Part shown: positions 30,781 through 40,389 of the stretch, piece by piece
How the letters are laid out: the number at the start of each line of letters is the position of its first letter
Numbering within the stretch: the stretch's first letter is position 1
DNA from: Nibricoccus sp.
GTDB lineage: Bacteria; Verrucomicrobiota; Verrucomicrobiia; Opitutales; Opitutaceae
Reading direction: 5' to 3'
Assembly: GCA_047602425.1 (NCBI GenBank)
Contig: JASGHG010000001.1
Coordinates: 4,608,001-4,672,000 of the forward strand
Length of the DNA: 64,000 nt
Program-made: the position numbers and the translations under genes
Notes under the pieces: model-generated
What the model was told of the DNA's origin: nothing
What the model saw: only the letters and a program-made list of their open reading frames with translations
The model's database searches: none

Positions 30781-32045
30781 GAGACGTGACCGAGAGAAAT
30801 GGGAAGGGTGATGACAAGTCGGGTGCCTTCGCCGGGGGCACTGGCGATGCGCAGACCGGCGTTGATGCGGTCGGTACGGGCTTTTATATTGTCCAAGCCG
30901 TGACCGCGAGCGACCAAGCGCGCTGGATCGAAGCCTTTGCCATTGTCCTGTATCAACAGGCCAATCTCGTCAGCGCTCTCGTGGAGGCGAACGGTGATTT
31001 GTGTGGCCGCTCCGTGACGAAGACTGTTGCTGATCGATTCGCGGATGATCTGGAGAAGATTGGAGACCTGTGTGTCGTTGAGACGACCGGCGGTTTGTTC
31101 GTCGATGCGCAAATCAAAATTCACGGCACGGCCACTGCCCAGCGTCTGGGTAAGCGACAAGACTGCTTGGGAAAAACTTTGCTGGCGGAGATTTTCGGGG
31201 GCGAGACCGCTGATGTAACTGCGAACGTCGCGGATGGTGGTGTTCAGGGTTTTTAGTCCTGCTTCGAGCTGGCGGCTGGCTTCTTCGGGTGACGATGCGA
31301 TGTGTTTTTTCGCGGCTTCGAAGGTAAGTCCGGTCGCGTAGAGCGATTGGATGATACCGTCGTGAAGTTCGCGCCCAAGCTGGATTTTTTCCTCTAACGA
31401 GCGGTTGAGGAGAAGTTGTTGGAAATGCAGATCCTCGTCGGCGCGCAAGCGTTCGATGCGCTCGTGTTCGAGTTCGGCTTGTTGCTGGACCGAGACTTTG
31501 GCGAGTTGGGACAGACTGGCAAAGCCGTGGCTTGTGTTTGAGCCGGCCGCGATCGGTTGATCTGCGGCCGAGTTTTCTTCGCGACTGAAGAGAATGACGA
31601 TCACCAGCACGATGAGAAGACCGAGCGCCAACGCGAGTAGGACAAAAGAGGTATGGCGATAAAGGTGGCCGAGTTGTACCGTGGCCGGGGGCTTGATGGT
31701 GACATGCAGATTCGCGAGCGGCTCGCGATCAGCGCCGCGCCAAGTGTAGTCGAAATACCACGGTGAAGACGTGGGGTTGGCGCTGGACGGTTCGGTTTTG
31801 GCCCGCACTTCGACTTGAGCGTCGAGCAGAGTATTCAAATCCTTGATATAGCTCTCGGGCCAAGGCAGCGGAGGCGGCCGCGTGCTGGATAGCGCCCGTT
31901 CGAGTTGGTGTTGGCGTATTTCGATCGTGGTCTTCTGCACTTGATCGGTTTGACGACGCAGTCGTGTCCAACTCGCGAGCACAGCGGCGAGAAAAATGAT
32001 GAGCAACAAAAGTGCTATGCCAATCAGGCGGGCGATCCGGTTCAT
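30777..32045 (-). CDS. Membrane sensor histidine kinase (HisKA_3 type)
   Basis: Two TM helices; GRELHDGIIQSL, ESISNSLRH, DNGKGF and GHGL motifs. Confidence 0.9.
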   Translation of the reverse strand: MNRIARLIGIALLLLIIFLAAVLASWTRLRRQTDQVQKTTIEIRQHQLERALSSTRPPPLPWPESYIKDLNTLLDAQVEVRAKTEPSSANPTSSPWYFDYTWRGADREPLANLHVTIKPPATVQLGHLYRHTSFVLLALALGLLIVLVIVILFSREENSAADQPIAAGSNTSHGFASLSQLAKVSVQQQAELEHERIERLRADEDLHFQQLLLNRSLEEKIQLGRELHDGIIQSLYATGLTFEAAKKHIASSPEEASRQLEAGLKTLNTTIRDVRSYISGLAPENLRQQSFSQAVLSLTQTLGSGRAVNFDLRIDEQTAGRLNDTQVSNLLQIIRESISNSLRHGAATQITVRLHESADEIGLLIQDNGKGFDPARLVARGHGLDNIKARTDRINAGLRIASAPGEGTRLVITLPISLGHVS

Positions 32046-32184
32046 GGAGTTGTGGATGCGCAACAGGGCGGGTTTCTTGTAAAGCGTCCGCCGCGCGGTT
32101 TCGCAAGCCCGGCGCGGCCGTTGGCTGCTTTTCATAACATTTCGACTTTTCGCGAGCAGTCCTTTTTCTTGAACAACTCATCGC

Positions 32185-33723
32185 ATGAAAAACTTCTTCA
32201 TTACGACCGCCATCGATTACGCGAACGGTTCTCCGCACCTGGGCCACGCCTACGAAAAGGTGCTGACGGACGTCATTGCCCGATTCCGGCGGCAGATGGG
32301 CGACCGGGTGCATTTTCTCACCGGCACGGATGAACACGGTCAAAAGGTCCAGCAAAGTGCGAAGAAACAGGGCGTCGAGCCGCAGCAATTCGTCGATACC
32401 GTGTCCGAGGAATTCCGCGGTCTGTGCAAACGCCTGAATATTTCGAACGACGACTTCATTCGCACGACAGAGCAGCGTCACAAGAATGTCGTTCGCCGCA
32501 TTCTTCAGCAGCTCTTCGACAAGGGAGAAATCTACAAGGCTGACTACAAAGGCTTTTACTCCACGCGTCAGGAGCAATTCCTTCAGGAAAAGGACCGCCA
32601 GCCCGACGGCTCATGGCCGGAAATCTACGGCGATGTCGTCGAAATTACAGAAAGCAATTACTTCTTTAAACTGGGTAAGTATCAACAGTGGTTGATCGAT
32701 TTTCTCAAAACCAACGAAGATTTCGTTTTTCCGCGTTATCGTCAGAAACAGGTGCTCGAGTTTCTCAAGGAGCCGATCAACGACCTCTGCATTTCACGTC
32801 CCAAAGAACGTCTTTCCTGGGGCATTCCGCTGCCGTTTGACGAAAATTATGTCACTTACGTTTGGTTCGACGCGTTGATCAACTACTACTCGGCGGTTGA
32901 AGGCACGGATTTCTGGCCGGCGAGTTTCCATGTGATCGGCAAAGACATTCTCGTACCGGCTCACGCGGTTTATTGGCCGATCATGCTGAAGGCCGCCGAG
33001 ATTCCGCTGCCAAAGGCGCTGCTCGCGCATGGCTGGTGGTCCGTTTCCGGCAGCAAAATGTCGAAGAGTACGGGCAACGTGATCAAGCCGCTCGATTTCG
33101 CCGACCAGTTCGGCGTCGACGCGCTGCGCTATTTCCTGATTCGCGAAATGAACGTTGGTCAGGACAGCGATTTCTCTCCCGACCAATTCCTCGTGCGTTA
33201 CACGAGCGAACTGGCCAACAACCTCGGCAATCTTGTCAACCGCACGCTCAACATGACGAACCGTTTTGCCGGTGGCCAGGTGCCGGCGGCGGAAGTGGAC
33301 GACAAGCCGGAGCAGGATTTGCGGGCTCTGTGGCAAAAGACTCACGCTGAAGTCGTGCAGCTTTGCGAAGGCTTCCAATTCCATCTCGGCTTGGAGCGCA
33401 CGTTCGCGTTTGTCACCGCAACCAATGCTTATATCGAACTTCGTGCGCCGTGGAAACTCGGCAAGTCCACCGAGGCCAAGGACCAGGCATTGCTTCGCAC
33501 CTCGCTCGCCACGATGGCCGAAGCGCTGCGCTGTGCGGTCGGCCTATTGACGGCAGTCATGCCAGAGACATCGCAGAAAATCTACGCGGTGCTCGGTTAT
33601 CAGTCTGGCGCCGTTTGGAGCGACGAATTGGTTTGGGGCAACAAGCTTGCCGGCAAGAAGGTTGCCGAAAACGCCATTCTTTTCCCACGTCCGGAAAAAC
33701 CGGCGCCGGAAAAGAAAGTCTGA
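32185..33723 (+). CDS. metG: Methionine--tRNA ligase
   Basis: TTAIDYANGSPHLGH, GTDEHGQK, YVWFDAL and KMSKS motifs. Confidence 0.96.
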   Translation: MKNFFITTAIDYANGSPHLGHAYEKVLTDVIARFRRQMGDRVHFLTGTDEHGQKVQQSAKKQGVEPQQFVDTVSEEFRGLCKRLNISNDDFIRTTEQRHKNVVRRILQQLFDKGEIYKADYKGFYSTRQEQFLQEKDRQPDGSWPEIYGDVVEITESNYFFKLGKYQQWLIDFLKTNEDFVFPRYRQKQVLEFLKEPINDLCISRPKERLSWGIPLPFDENYVTYVWFDALINYYSAVEGTDFWPASFHVIGKDILVPAHAVYWPIMLKAAEIPLPKALLAHGWWSVSGSKMSKSTGNVIKPLDFADQFGVDALRYFLIREMNVGQDSDFSPDQFLVRYTSELANNLGNLVNRTLNMTNRFAGGQVPAAEVDDKPEQDLRALWQKTHAEVVQLCEGFQFHLGLERTFAFVTATNAYIELRAPWKLGKSTEAKDQALLRTSLATMAEALRCAVGLLTAVMPETSQKIYAVLGYQSGAVWSDELVWGNKLAGKKVAENAILFPRPEKPAPEKKV

Positions 33724-33734
33724 ACCGATCCATT

Positions 33735-33861
33735 TTTTACAGAAGGAAACGAAGGGAACAAAGAGCCGCAGGTTTTCGCTGCCAAATTTCCAAACAGGGC
33801 TGTGGAAATTTGGCCTAAACAATATCGCACCGATTCGTTACCTTTGTTCTCTTCTGTAAAA
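33735..33861. repeat. Paired inverted 9-nt-period repeat element enclosing a 12-bp hairpin
   Basis: Left arm TTTTACAGAAGGAAACGAAGGGAACAAAG; right arm reverse complement TTTTACAGAAGAGAACAAAGGTAACGAA; internal GCCAAATTTCCA/TGGAAATTTGGC at 33781-33814. Confidence 0.78.
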
Positions 33862-33881
33862 CATGTTTTGAATTTTCGCGA

Positions 33882-35321
33882 ATGACAGTTCTTCCGCTCA
33901 ATCCTGCCGAAAACTCCTCGCCGGAGGCGTTGTTTGCGTTTCTCGCGCAGTGTCAGGCGGTGGCGGTGAAGGTTGGACGGGCGCAGTTGGTGAGCATCAC
34001 GCTTGAGGTCGATGCGCTCGATCCGCTCGCGGTGCTTGAATCGATTTTCGAGCCGGGGGAGCGTCATTTTTACGTCGAGCGGCCGGCCGAAGGTGTAGCC
34101 GTTGCGGGCGCGGAAGCCGTCGCTGTGTTCACTGCGTCAGGACAGGACCGTTTTGCGGCCTGCCAGCGTTTTATCGACGAAACGCTGGCCAATACGCTAG
34201 CGGTTGGCGATCAGAAGGCTCCTTTTGCGGGGCCGCATTTTTTTTCGGCCTTTGCCTTCGCTGACGAGACTGAAGCGAGTGAAGCTTTCGAGGCCGCGAC
34301 GGTCTTTGTGCCACGCTGGCAGGTTGCCTGTGCGGGTGGACGAACCACGGCGGTGGCAAACCTATTGGTTGAGCCAAATACCCCGCTGGATTCACTGGCG
34401 GCGAAACTCTGGCGAGCGAGGCAGAAATTCGGCGCATTTGACTACGCCGCGCCGAAATTTTCCGCACCGGCGGCTCGCGATGCGATTGCAGTGAGCGAAG
34501 TGGGGGACGTCGGGCATTACAGGAATGCCGTGCGACAGGCGCTGCAAAAAATCAACGCCGGTGATTTCAGGAAAATCGTGCTTGCGCGAGCGAAGGACCT
34601 TCGGGCCAGCGCACCGTTTCATCCTTTGCAGGTGTTAAATGGTTTGCGTCAACGATACTCCGACTGCTTTGCGTTTTCCGTGGCCAATGGCCGCGGACAA
34701 AGTTTGATCGGGGCGAGCCCGGAAAGGCTGCTGCGTGTGAAGGATGGGGTGATAACGACTGAGGCGCTCGCCGGGTCCGCGCCTCGTGGGGCCTCGGCCA
34801 GCGAGGACGCGGCTTTCGCGGGCAACTTATTGCGCAACGAAAAGGATCTGGCGGAACACGCGTGTGTGCTGGACTCGATTTTACGCCGCTTGAAACCGCT
34901 CGGCTTGGAATTGCGGCACACGGCGCGGCCCGGGTTGCGTCGGCTTGCGAATGTTCAGCACTTGCACACGCCGATCGAGGCGGCGGTGCCCCCCTCTGTG
35001 CGCGTGCTCGATGTGCTGGCACGATTACATCCGACGCCGGCGGTGGGCGGCTCGCCGCGCGAAGCAGCCGTGCCCTGTATCCGGAAACTGGAGTCGTTTC
35101 CGCGCGGTCTCTATGCCGGCGCTTTGGGCTGGCTAAACGCGAGCGGGGAGGGCGAGTTTTTTGTCGGGTTGCGCTCGGCGCTTATCGATGGGCCGAGGGC
35201 ACGGCTCTGTGCGGGCGCTGGAATTGTGGCCGGCTCGGATCCTGAAAAGGAACAAGCCGAGACCGAGCTGAAATTTTCTGCCATGCAGGCTTCATTGTTG
35301 GACGTTTCAGCTTCGGGATGA
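33882..35321 (+). CDS. Isochorismate synthase (MenF/EntC family)
   Basis: KIVLAR, GASPERL, TEALAGS, LHPTPAVGG and AGAGIVAGSDP motifs. Confidence 0.88.
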   Translation: MTVLPLNPAENSSPEALFAFLAQCQAVAVKVGRAQLVSITLEVDALDPLAVLESIFEPGERHFYVERPAEGVAVAGAEAVAVFTASGQDRFAACQRFIDETLANTLAVGDQKAPFAGPHFFSAFAFADETEASEAFEAATVFVPRWQVACAGGRTTAVANLLVEPNTPLDSLAAKLWRARQKFGAFDYAAPKFSAPAARDAIAVSEVGDVGHYRNAVRQALQKINAGDFRKIVLARAKDLRASAPFHPLQVLNGLRQRYSDCFAFSVANGRGQSLIGASPERLLRVKDGVITTEALAGSAPRGASASEDAAFAGNLLRNEKDLAEHACVLDSILRRLKPLGLELRHTARPGLRRLANVQHLHTPIEAAVPPSVRVLDVLARLHPTPAVGGSPREAAVPCIRKLESFPRGLYAGALGWLNASGEGEFFVGLRSALIDGPRARLCAGAGIVAGSDPEKEQAETELKFSAMQASLLDVSASG

Positions 35322-35517
35322 AATAGCGCTGCGGAACCTCGTTAATGGCAGACTTTAATAATAGAATTCATATCCAGTTTGTTTTCTTAGGTGAGCGACC
35401 TAGGTATTAGCGCGAACTAGGCTGCGTCGTTGCCATGTGAATACCTTCTTATGGGTCCGCTTGTAGGTTCGACTCATACTCCAAGCCCTGTGTTTACATG
35501 AGCGAATTTTTATCAAT

Positions 35518-37050
35518 ATGAACCGACTCACACGCGCCTTCCTGAATCAAAATGGTGTGCCCGCCGGCAAGACGGCCTGCGGCCCGTTGACGACCTTCCC
35601 CGAGAAGATCGTCCAATTTGGCGAGGGCAACTTCCTCCGCGCTTTCGTCGATTGGAAGATCGATGAGCTCAATGAAAAAGGCCTTTTCGGCGGTAGCGTG
35701 CTCGTGACCCAGCCGATCAAGCAGGGCATGGCGGCGGAGATCCAGGCTCAGGATGGTCTTTATACCGTGCTGATGCGCGGTGTCGAGGCGGGCAGGGTCG
35801 TTGAATCGCGTCGCATCATCACCGCGCTCAGTCGTGCGCTGAATCCCTACGATCAGTGGGCCGAGCTCGTAAAAGCTTTCCGCGGTGACGTGCTGCGCTT
35901 CGTTGTTTCCAACACGACGGAGGCCGGTATCGCCTACGCTGACGAACCCTACACGCCGGGCGTCTGCCAAAACACGTTCCCGGCGAAAGTCGCCAACCTG
36001 CTCTTCGAGCGTTTCAGCTCCTTCAAGGGCGATGTGAAAAAGGGCCTCGTTTTCCTCCCGTGCGAACTGATCGAGAAAAACGGCGAGAATCTCCGCAAGA
36101 CCGTCCTGCAGTACGCTTACGCCTGGAAGCTCAACCCGGAGTTCATCAACTGGGTCGAGACTGCCAACCATTTCTGCAACACGCTCGTTGATCGCATTGT
36201 GCCCGGCTACCCGAAAGACGAGGCGGCGCGCATCGTGAATGAACTCGGTTACGACGATAAGCTGCTCGTCGCCGCTGAATATTTCCACCTGTGGGTCATA
36301 GAAGGGCCGAAGCACCTCGGCGAAGAGATTCCGTTCCACAAGGCCGGACTCAACGTGATCTGGACCGACGACATGACACCTTACCGCACGCGAAAGGTTC
36401 GGCTGCTCAATGGGGCGCATACTTCCAGCGTGCTCGCCGCCTTCGAGGCCGGCTGCAATACGGTGCGCGAAATGGTTGAAGACCCGATTTGTGGTGCATT
36501 CATCCGCAAGGCCGTGTTCGACGAAATTCTCCACCAGGTTCCGCTGCCGCCGATGGAACGCAAGGCCTACGCCGACTCCGTCATGGAGCGTTTCTGCAAT
36601 CCGTTCGTGCGCCACGAGCTCCTCTCGATCTCGCTCAATTCCGTCTCAAAGTGGAAGGTCCGCGTGCTTCCTTCGCTGCTCGATTGCCAAAAAGATTTCG
36701 GCAAACTTCCGCCCGCGCTGTCGTTCTCGCTTGCCGCTTTGATCTGGTTTTACTGCGGCGAGGCGGTTTCGGCCAACGAACTTCGCGGTCGCCGCAACCG
36801 CCAGGCATATCCCATCAAGGACGACGCGCACATTCTGGCTTTCTTCGCCGAAGCCTGGAAAAAAGCCTCGGACCTCAAGCCCGAGAGCCTGCGCGACCTC
36901 ACCGTCGCTACGCTGTCGCGCAAGGATTTCTGGGGTCAGGATCTCACCGAGATCCCGGGCTTCACCGACCTCGTCGCGTCAGGCCTGCAAAAAATCGCCG
37001 CCAAGGGCATGCGCGCCACGCTGAGCGAAGTCGTCGCCACGAGCTACTGA
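35518..37050 (+). CDS. uxaB: Tagaturonate (altronate) reductase
   Basis: QFGEGNFLRAF, SNTTEAGI, LPCELI, TLVDRIVPG and RKVRLLNGAHT motifs. Confidence 0.93.
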   Translation: MNRLTRAFLNQNGVPAGKTACGPLTTFPEKIVQFGEGNFLRAFVDWKIDELNEKGLFGGSVLVTQPIKQGMAAEIQAQDGLYTVLMRGVEAGRVVESRRIITALSRALNPYDQWAELVKAFRGDVLRFVVSNTTEAGIAYADEPYTPGVCQNTFPAKVANLLFERFSSFKGDVKKGLVFLPCELIEKNGENLRKTVLQYAYAWKLNPEFINWVETANHFCNTLVDRIVPGYPKDEAARIVNELGYDDKLLVAAEYFHLWVIEGPKHLGEEIPFHKAGLNVIWTDDMTPYRTRKVRLLNGAHTSSVLAAFEAGCNTVREMVEDPICGAFIRKAVFDEILHQVPLPPMERKAYADSVMERFCNPFVRHELLSISLNSVSKWKVRVLPSLLDCQKDFGKLPPALSFSLAALIWFYCGEAVSANELRGRRNRQAYPIKDDAHILAFFAEAWKKASDLKPESLRDLTVATLSRKDFWGQDLTEIPGFTDLVASGLQKIAAKGMRATLSEVVATSY

Positions 37051-37063
37051 TATCGTTTCCTCG

Positions 37064-37123
37064 GGTAGGGACGGACCGCCGGGCCGTCCGTTTGCCCGGC
37101 GCGCCCGGCGGTCGCGCCCTACC
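37064..37123. repeat. Inverted pair of GTAG-headed REP-like palindromes
   Basis: + strand GTAGGGACGGACCGCCGGGCCGTCCG; - strand GTAGGGCGCGACCGCCGGGCGCGCCG. Confidence 0.7.
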
Positions 37124-37149
37124 TCGAACCGCCTAACTCATTTTCATCC

Positions 37150-38643
37150 ATGAAGGAAAACACGCTTCTTATCCACGCAGCCGACAACGTCGCTGTGGCG
37201 CTGACCGACCTCGCTGTCGGCCAGACCACGACTGTCGCAGGAAAACCAGTTGCCATCTCCACGCCCGTCGGTCGCGGCCACAAGTTTGCGCTCAAGCCGA
37301 TTAAGAAGGGTGAAAACATCCTCAAATTCAGCCAGCCCATCGGCCGCGCGACCGAGGATATTCCCGCCGGCGCCAAGGTTCATGTGCACAATGTGAAGAC
37401 CAACCTCGAAGGCGTGCTGGAGTACAACTATCAACCCGCGCTCGTCACGCTTCCGCCGATCAATGACGGGCTGACCTTCGACGGCTACGTCCGCTCCGAT
37501 GGCGAAGTCGGTATTCGCAATGAAATTTGGATCTTGCCGACGGTTGGTTGCGTGAACGAGGTTTCCAACGCCATTCGTCGCCGCGTCCTCGAAAACGGTT
37601 TACCCGAAGGCATCGATGGCATTCACGTCTACGCGCATCCTTATGGCTGCTCGCAGCTGGGCGGCGATCATGCGAACACGCAGACCATCCTCGCCGACCT
37701 TGCGCGTCATCCGAATGCGGGCGGCGTGTTGATCGTTGGTCTCGGTTGCGAAAACAACACGATGCAGAGCTTCCGCGCCGTGCTGGGCGAACTCGATTCG
37801 CAGCGCTACCGCTTCATGGTCGCGCAGGATTTCAGCGACGAAATCGCCACGGGCATCAGTCTCGCCAACGAACTGATTGCCTACGCTTCAAAGGCAAAGC
37901 GTCAGCCCGTGCCGGTGTCGAAACTTCGCATAGGACTAAAATGCGGTGGTTCCGACGGTTTTTCCGGCATCACGGGCAATCCGCTTGTCGGCGCGTTTTC
38001 CGACCGCCTCATCGCGCGGGGCGGTACGTCGGTCTTGACCGAGGTGCCCGAGATGTTCGGCGCCGAAGCGCTCTTCATGAACCGTTGCGAAACCAGGAAA
38101 GTTTTCGATGACTGCGTCGGCATGATTAATGGCTTCAAGGAATACTTCATGCGCTACAACCAGGTCGTGTATGAAAATCCTTCGCCTGGCAACAAGGACG
38201 GCGGTATCACCACGCTCGAAGAAAAATCACTCGGCTGTCTGCAGAAGGGCGGCACGTCGACTGTCGTCGATATTCTGCCTTACGGCGCTCGTGTGAAAAA
38301 ACAGGGCCTCAACTTCCTGACCGGTCCGGGCAACGACATCGTTTCCTGCACGGCCATGACGGCGGCGGGTGCGCACATGATTCTCTTCACCACGGGACGC
38401 GGTACGCCGCTGGGCGCTCCCGTGCCCACACTGAAGATCGCCACCAATTCCGATCTCGCCACGCGCAAGTCCAGCTGGGTCGATTTCAACGCCGGCCAGC
38501 TTCTCGAAGACAAGACCATGCCCGAGCTCGCCGACCAATTGCTCGCGCACGTGATCGACGTTGCGAGCGGTCGCAAACTCGCGCGTAACGAAGAAAACGG
38601 TTTCCGCGAAATCGCCATCTTCAAAGACGGCGTTACGCTGTAG
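37150..38643 (+). CDS. uxaA: Altronate dehydratase
   Basis: SAF domain (DNVAVAL, GHKFA, HVHN), HPYGCSQLG, CGGSDGFSG and ENPSPGNKDGG motifs. Confidence 0.93.
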   Translation: MKENTLLIHAADNVAVALTDLAVGQTTTVAGKPVAISTPVGRGHKFALKPIKKGENILKFSQPIGRATEDIPAGAKVHVHNVKTNLEGVLEYNYQPALVTLPPINDGLTFDGYVRSDGEVGIRNEIWILPTVGCVNEVSNAIRRRVLENGLPEGIDGIHVYAHPYGCSQLGGDHANTQTILADLARHPNAGGVLIVGLGCENNTMQSFRAVLGELDSQRYRFMVAQDFSDEIATGISLANELIAYASKAKRQPVPVSKLRIGLKCGGSDGFSGITGNPLVGAFSDRLIARGGTSVLTEVPEMFGAEALFMNRCETRKVFDDCVGMINGFKEYFMRYNQVVYENPSPGNKDGGITTLEEKSLGCLQKGGTSTVVDILPYGARVKKQGLNFLTGPGNDIVSCTAMTAAGAHMILFTTGRGTPLGAPVPTLKIATNSDLATRKSSWVDFNAGQLLEDKTMPELADQLLAHVIDVASGRKLARNEENGFREIAIFKDGVTL

Positions 38644-38667
38644 TCCTTTAACTCAGTCTCATCGCAC

Positions 38668-38701
38668 AAAAAAAGGCCGCGGTTCAAACCGCGGCCTTTT
38701 T
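38668..38701. terminator. Bidirectional terminator (uxaA/pgi)
   Basis: A7-GGCCGCGGTT-ca-AACCGCGGCC-T5. Confidence 0.85.
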
Positions 38702-38727
38702 GTTACGGAAACTCTGAGGCTGCGCGA

Positions 38728-40302
38728 TCAGGCGGAAACGTAGGTGCTTTCGAACCACGGCGTTTTCGCCAATTTCTTTGCGCCACCATTGGCCGCGAGA
38801 TGCTCGAGGATTTTGAAAACCAATTCGGTTTGCTCGACGGCGCCGAGCTGAGAGGCGAGGGCTTCGGCGGTGAAAGCCTTTCCTGGCGCGGCCTTGAGAG
38901 CGGCAGCGATTTTCAATTTCAACGCGATCACGCCCGTGGCGGCTTTCTTGCCGGCTTCGACGCCGGGTTGGTGGTAGGCGTTGATGCCGACGAGCGCGGC
39001 GTAGAGACCGACGACGCGTTCATAGAGCGCAATGAGCATGCCCAGTGTGCGCGGTGAAACGTCATTGACCGTAATGGTGATCGAGGAGCGGTCTTTTTCG
39101 CTGAGGGCGGCCTGTGTGCCGAGGTAAAAACCTTGGAGGTAGTCGCCGGTTGTGACACCGGGCTCGACTTCCATCGAGGAGCCGGCGCGGTCCTTGAGGA
39201 CTTCGATGAAGGTCACGAAGAAATTGTTCACGCCCTCGCGGAGCTGCTGCACGTAAGCGTGCTGATCGGTCGAGCCCTTGTTGCCGTAAACGGAAATGCC
39301 CTGGTTCACGACCTTGCCTTGGAGATCGAGTTCCTTGCCGAGCGATTCCATAACCAGCTGTTGGAGGTAACGCGAGAAGAGCAGCAGGCGGTCCTTGTAG
39401 GGGAGGACAACCATGTCCTTCGAACCGCGGCCATCGGTGGCAAAGTGCCACATGAGAGCGAGCAACGCGGCGGGATTTTTGGCGGTGACCGGCTCGCGTG
39501 TGACGTTGTCCATCGCGGCGGCGCCATCGAGGAATTCCTGGATGTCGATGCCCTGAAGCGCGGCGGGAAGCAGGCCGACGGCACTGAGTTCGGAGGTGCG
39601 ACCGCCGACCCAGTCCCACATCGGGAAACGGGCGAGCCAGCCGTCTTTGATGGCGGTTTGTTCTAGCTTGGAACCGGATCCCGTGACGGCGACGAAGTGT
39701 TTCTTGTAGTCGAGACCAGCGGCCTTGAAGGCGGCGATGGCTTCGAGCTGGCCATTGCGAGTCTCGACGGTGCCACCGGACTTGGAAATAACGATAACGA
39801 GTGTTTCGGGCAATTTGCCGGCGAGTTGGGCGAGCGCGTAGTCGATGCCGTCGGGATCAGTGTTATCGAAGAAAGTGACGGTCATCTTGTCCTTGCCCGG
39901 CTGGCCGAGGGCGTGGTTGACGAGCTGTGGACCGAGGGCCGAGCCGCCGATGCCGATGACGAGGAGTTGGGTGAATTTTTTTCCGCCGGGCGCCGTAACT
40001 GTGCCCTCGTGGACGCGATCGGAAAAGTTTTCAACGCGGGCGAGGGCGTCGGAGATGTCGGTTCGCAATTCGGGGGTCGGAGCACTGGAGGGCGAGCGGA
40101 GCCAGTAGTGGCCGACCATGCGTTTTTCGTCAGGGTTGGCGATGGCGCCGCTCTCAAGGGCGGCCATATCGGCGAAAGCCTTTTGCATCGCCGGCTCCAT
40201 CTTGGCCAGAAAGTCGTCCGGGAAAGGGATGCGACTGATATCGAGGGCGAGGCCTAGCTCGCGGTTTTGGTAGAAGTGCTTTTTGAAGCGGGTCCAGCTC
40301 AT
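38728..40302 (-). CDS. pgi: Glucose-6-phosphate isomerase
   Basis: [33 protein letters not shown] and QPGVEAGK motifs. Confidence 0.95.
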   Translation of the reverse strand: MSWTRFKKHFYQNRELGLALDISRIPFPDDFLAKMEPAMQKAFADMAALESGAIANPDEKRMVGHYWLRSPSSAPTPELRTDISDALARVENFSDRVHEGTVTAPGGKKFTQLLVIGIGGSALGPQLVNHALGQPGKDKMTVTFFDNTDPDGIDYALAQLAGKLPETLVIVISKSGGTVETRNGQLEAIAAFKAAGLDYKKHFVAVTGSGSKLEQTAIKDGWLARFPMWDWVGGRTSELSAVGLLPAALQGIDIQEFLDGAAAMDNVTREPVTAKNPAALLALMWHFATDGRGSKDMVVLPYKDRLLLFSRYLQQLVMESLGKELDLQGKVVNQGISVYGNKGSTDQHAYVQQLREGVNNFFVTFIEVLKDRAGSSMEVEPGVTTGDYLQGFYLGTQAALSEKDRSSITITVNDVSPRTLGMLIALYERVVGLYAALVGINAYHQPGVEAGKKAATGVIALKLKIAAALKAAPGKAFTAEALASQLGAVEQTELVFKILEHLAANGGAKKLAKTPWFESTYVSA

Positions 40303-40389
40303 GAGATGAAAGGGAAGAAAATGCGGAAAGTTTCAGGGAATGCGGAGCAGAAAATACGAACGATGTATGAACGTTGTTCGTGATTTCGA

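Noticed and set aside
35420..35490. tRNA T-arm-like GTAGGTTCGACTCATAC upstream of uxaB
   Set aside because: Mismatch in the stem and no convincing acceptor, D or anticodon arms.
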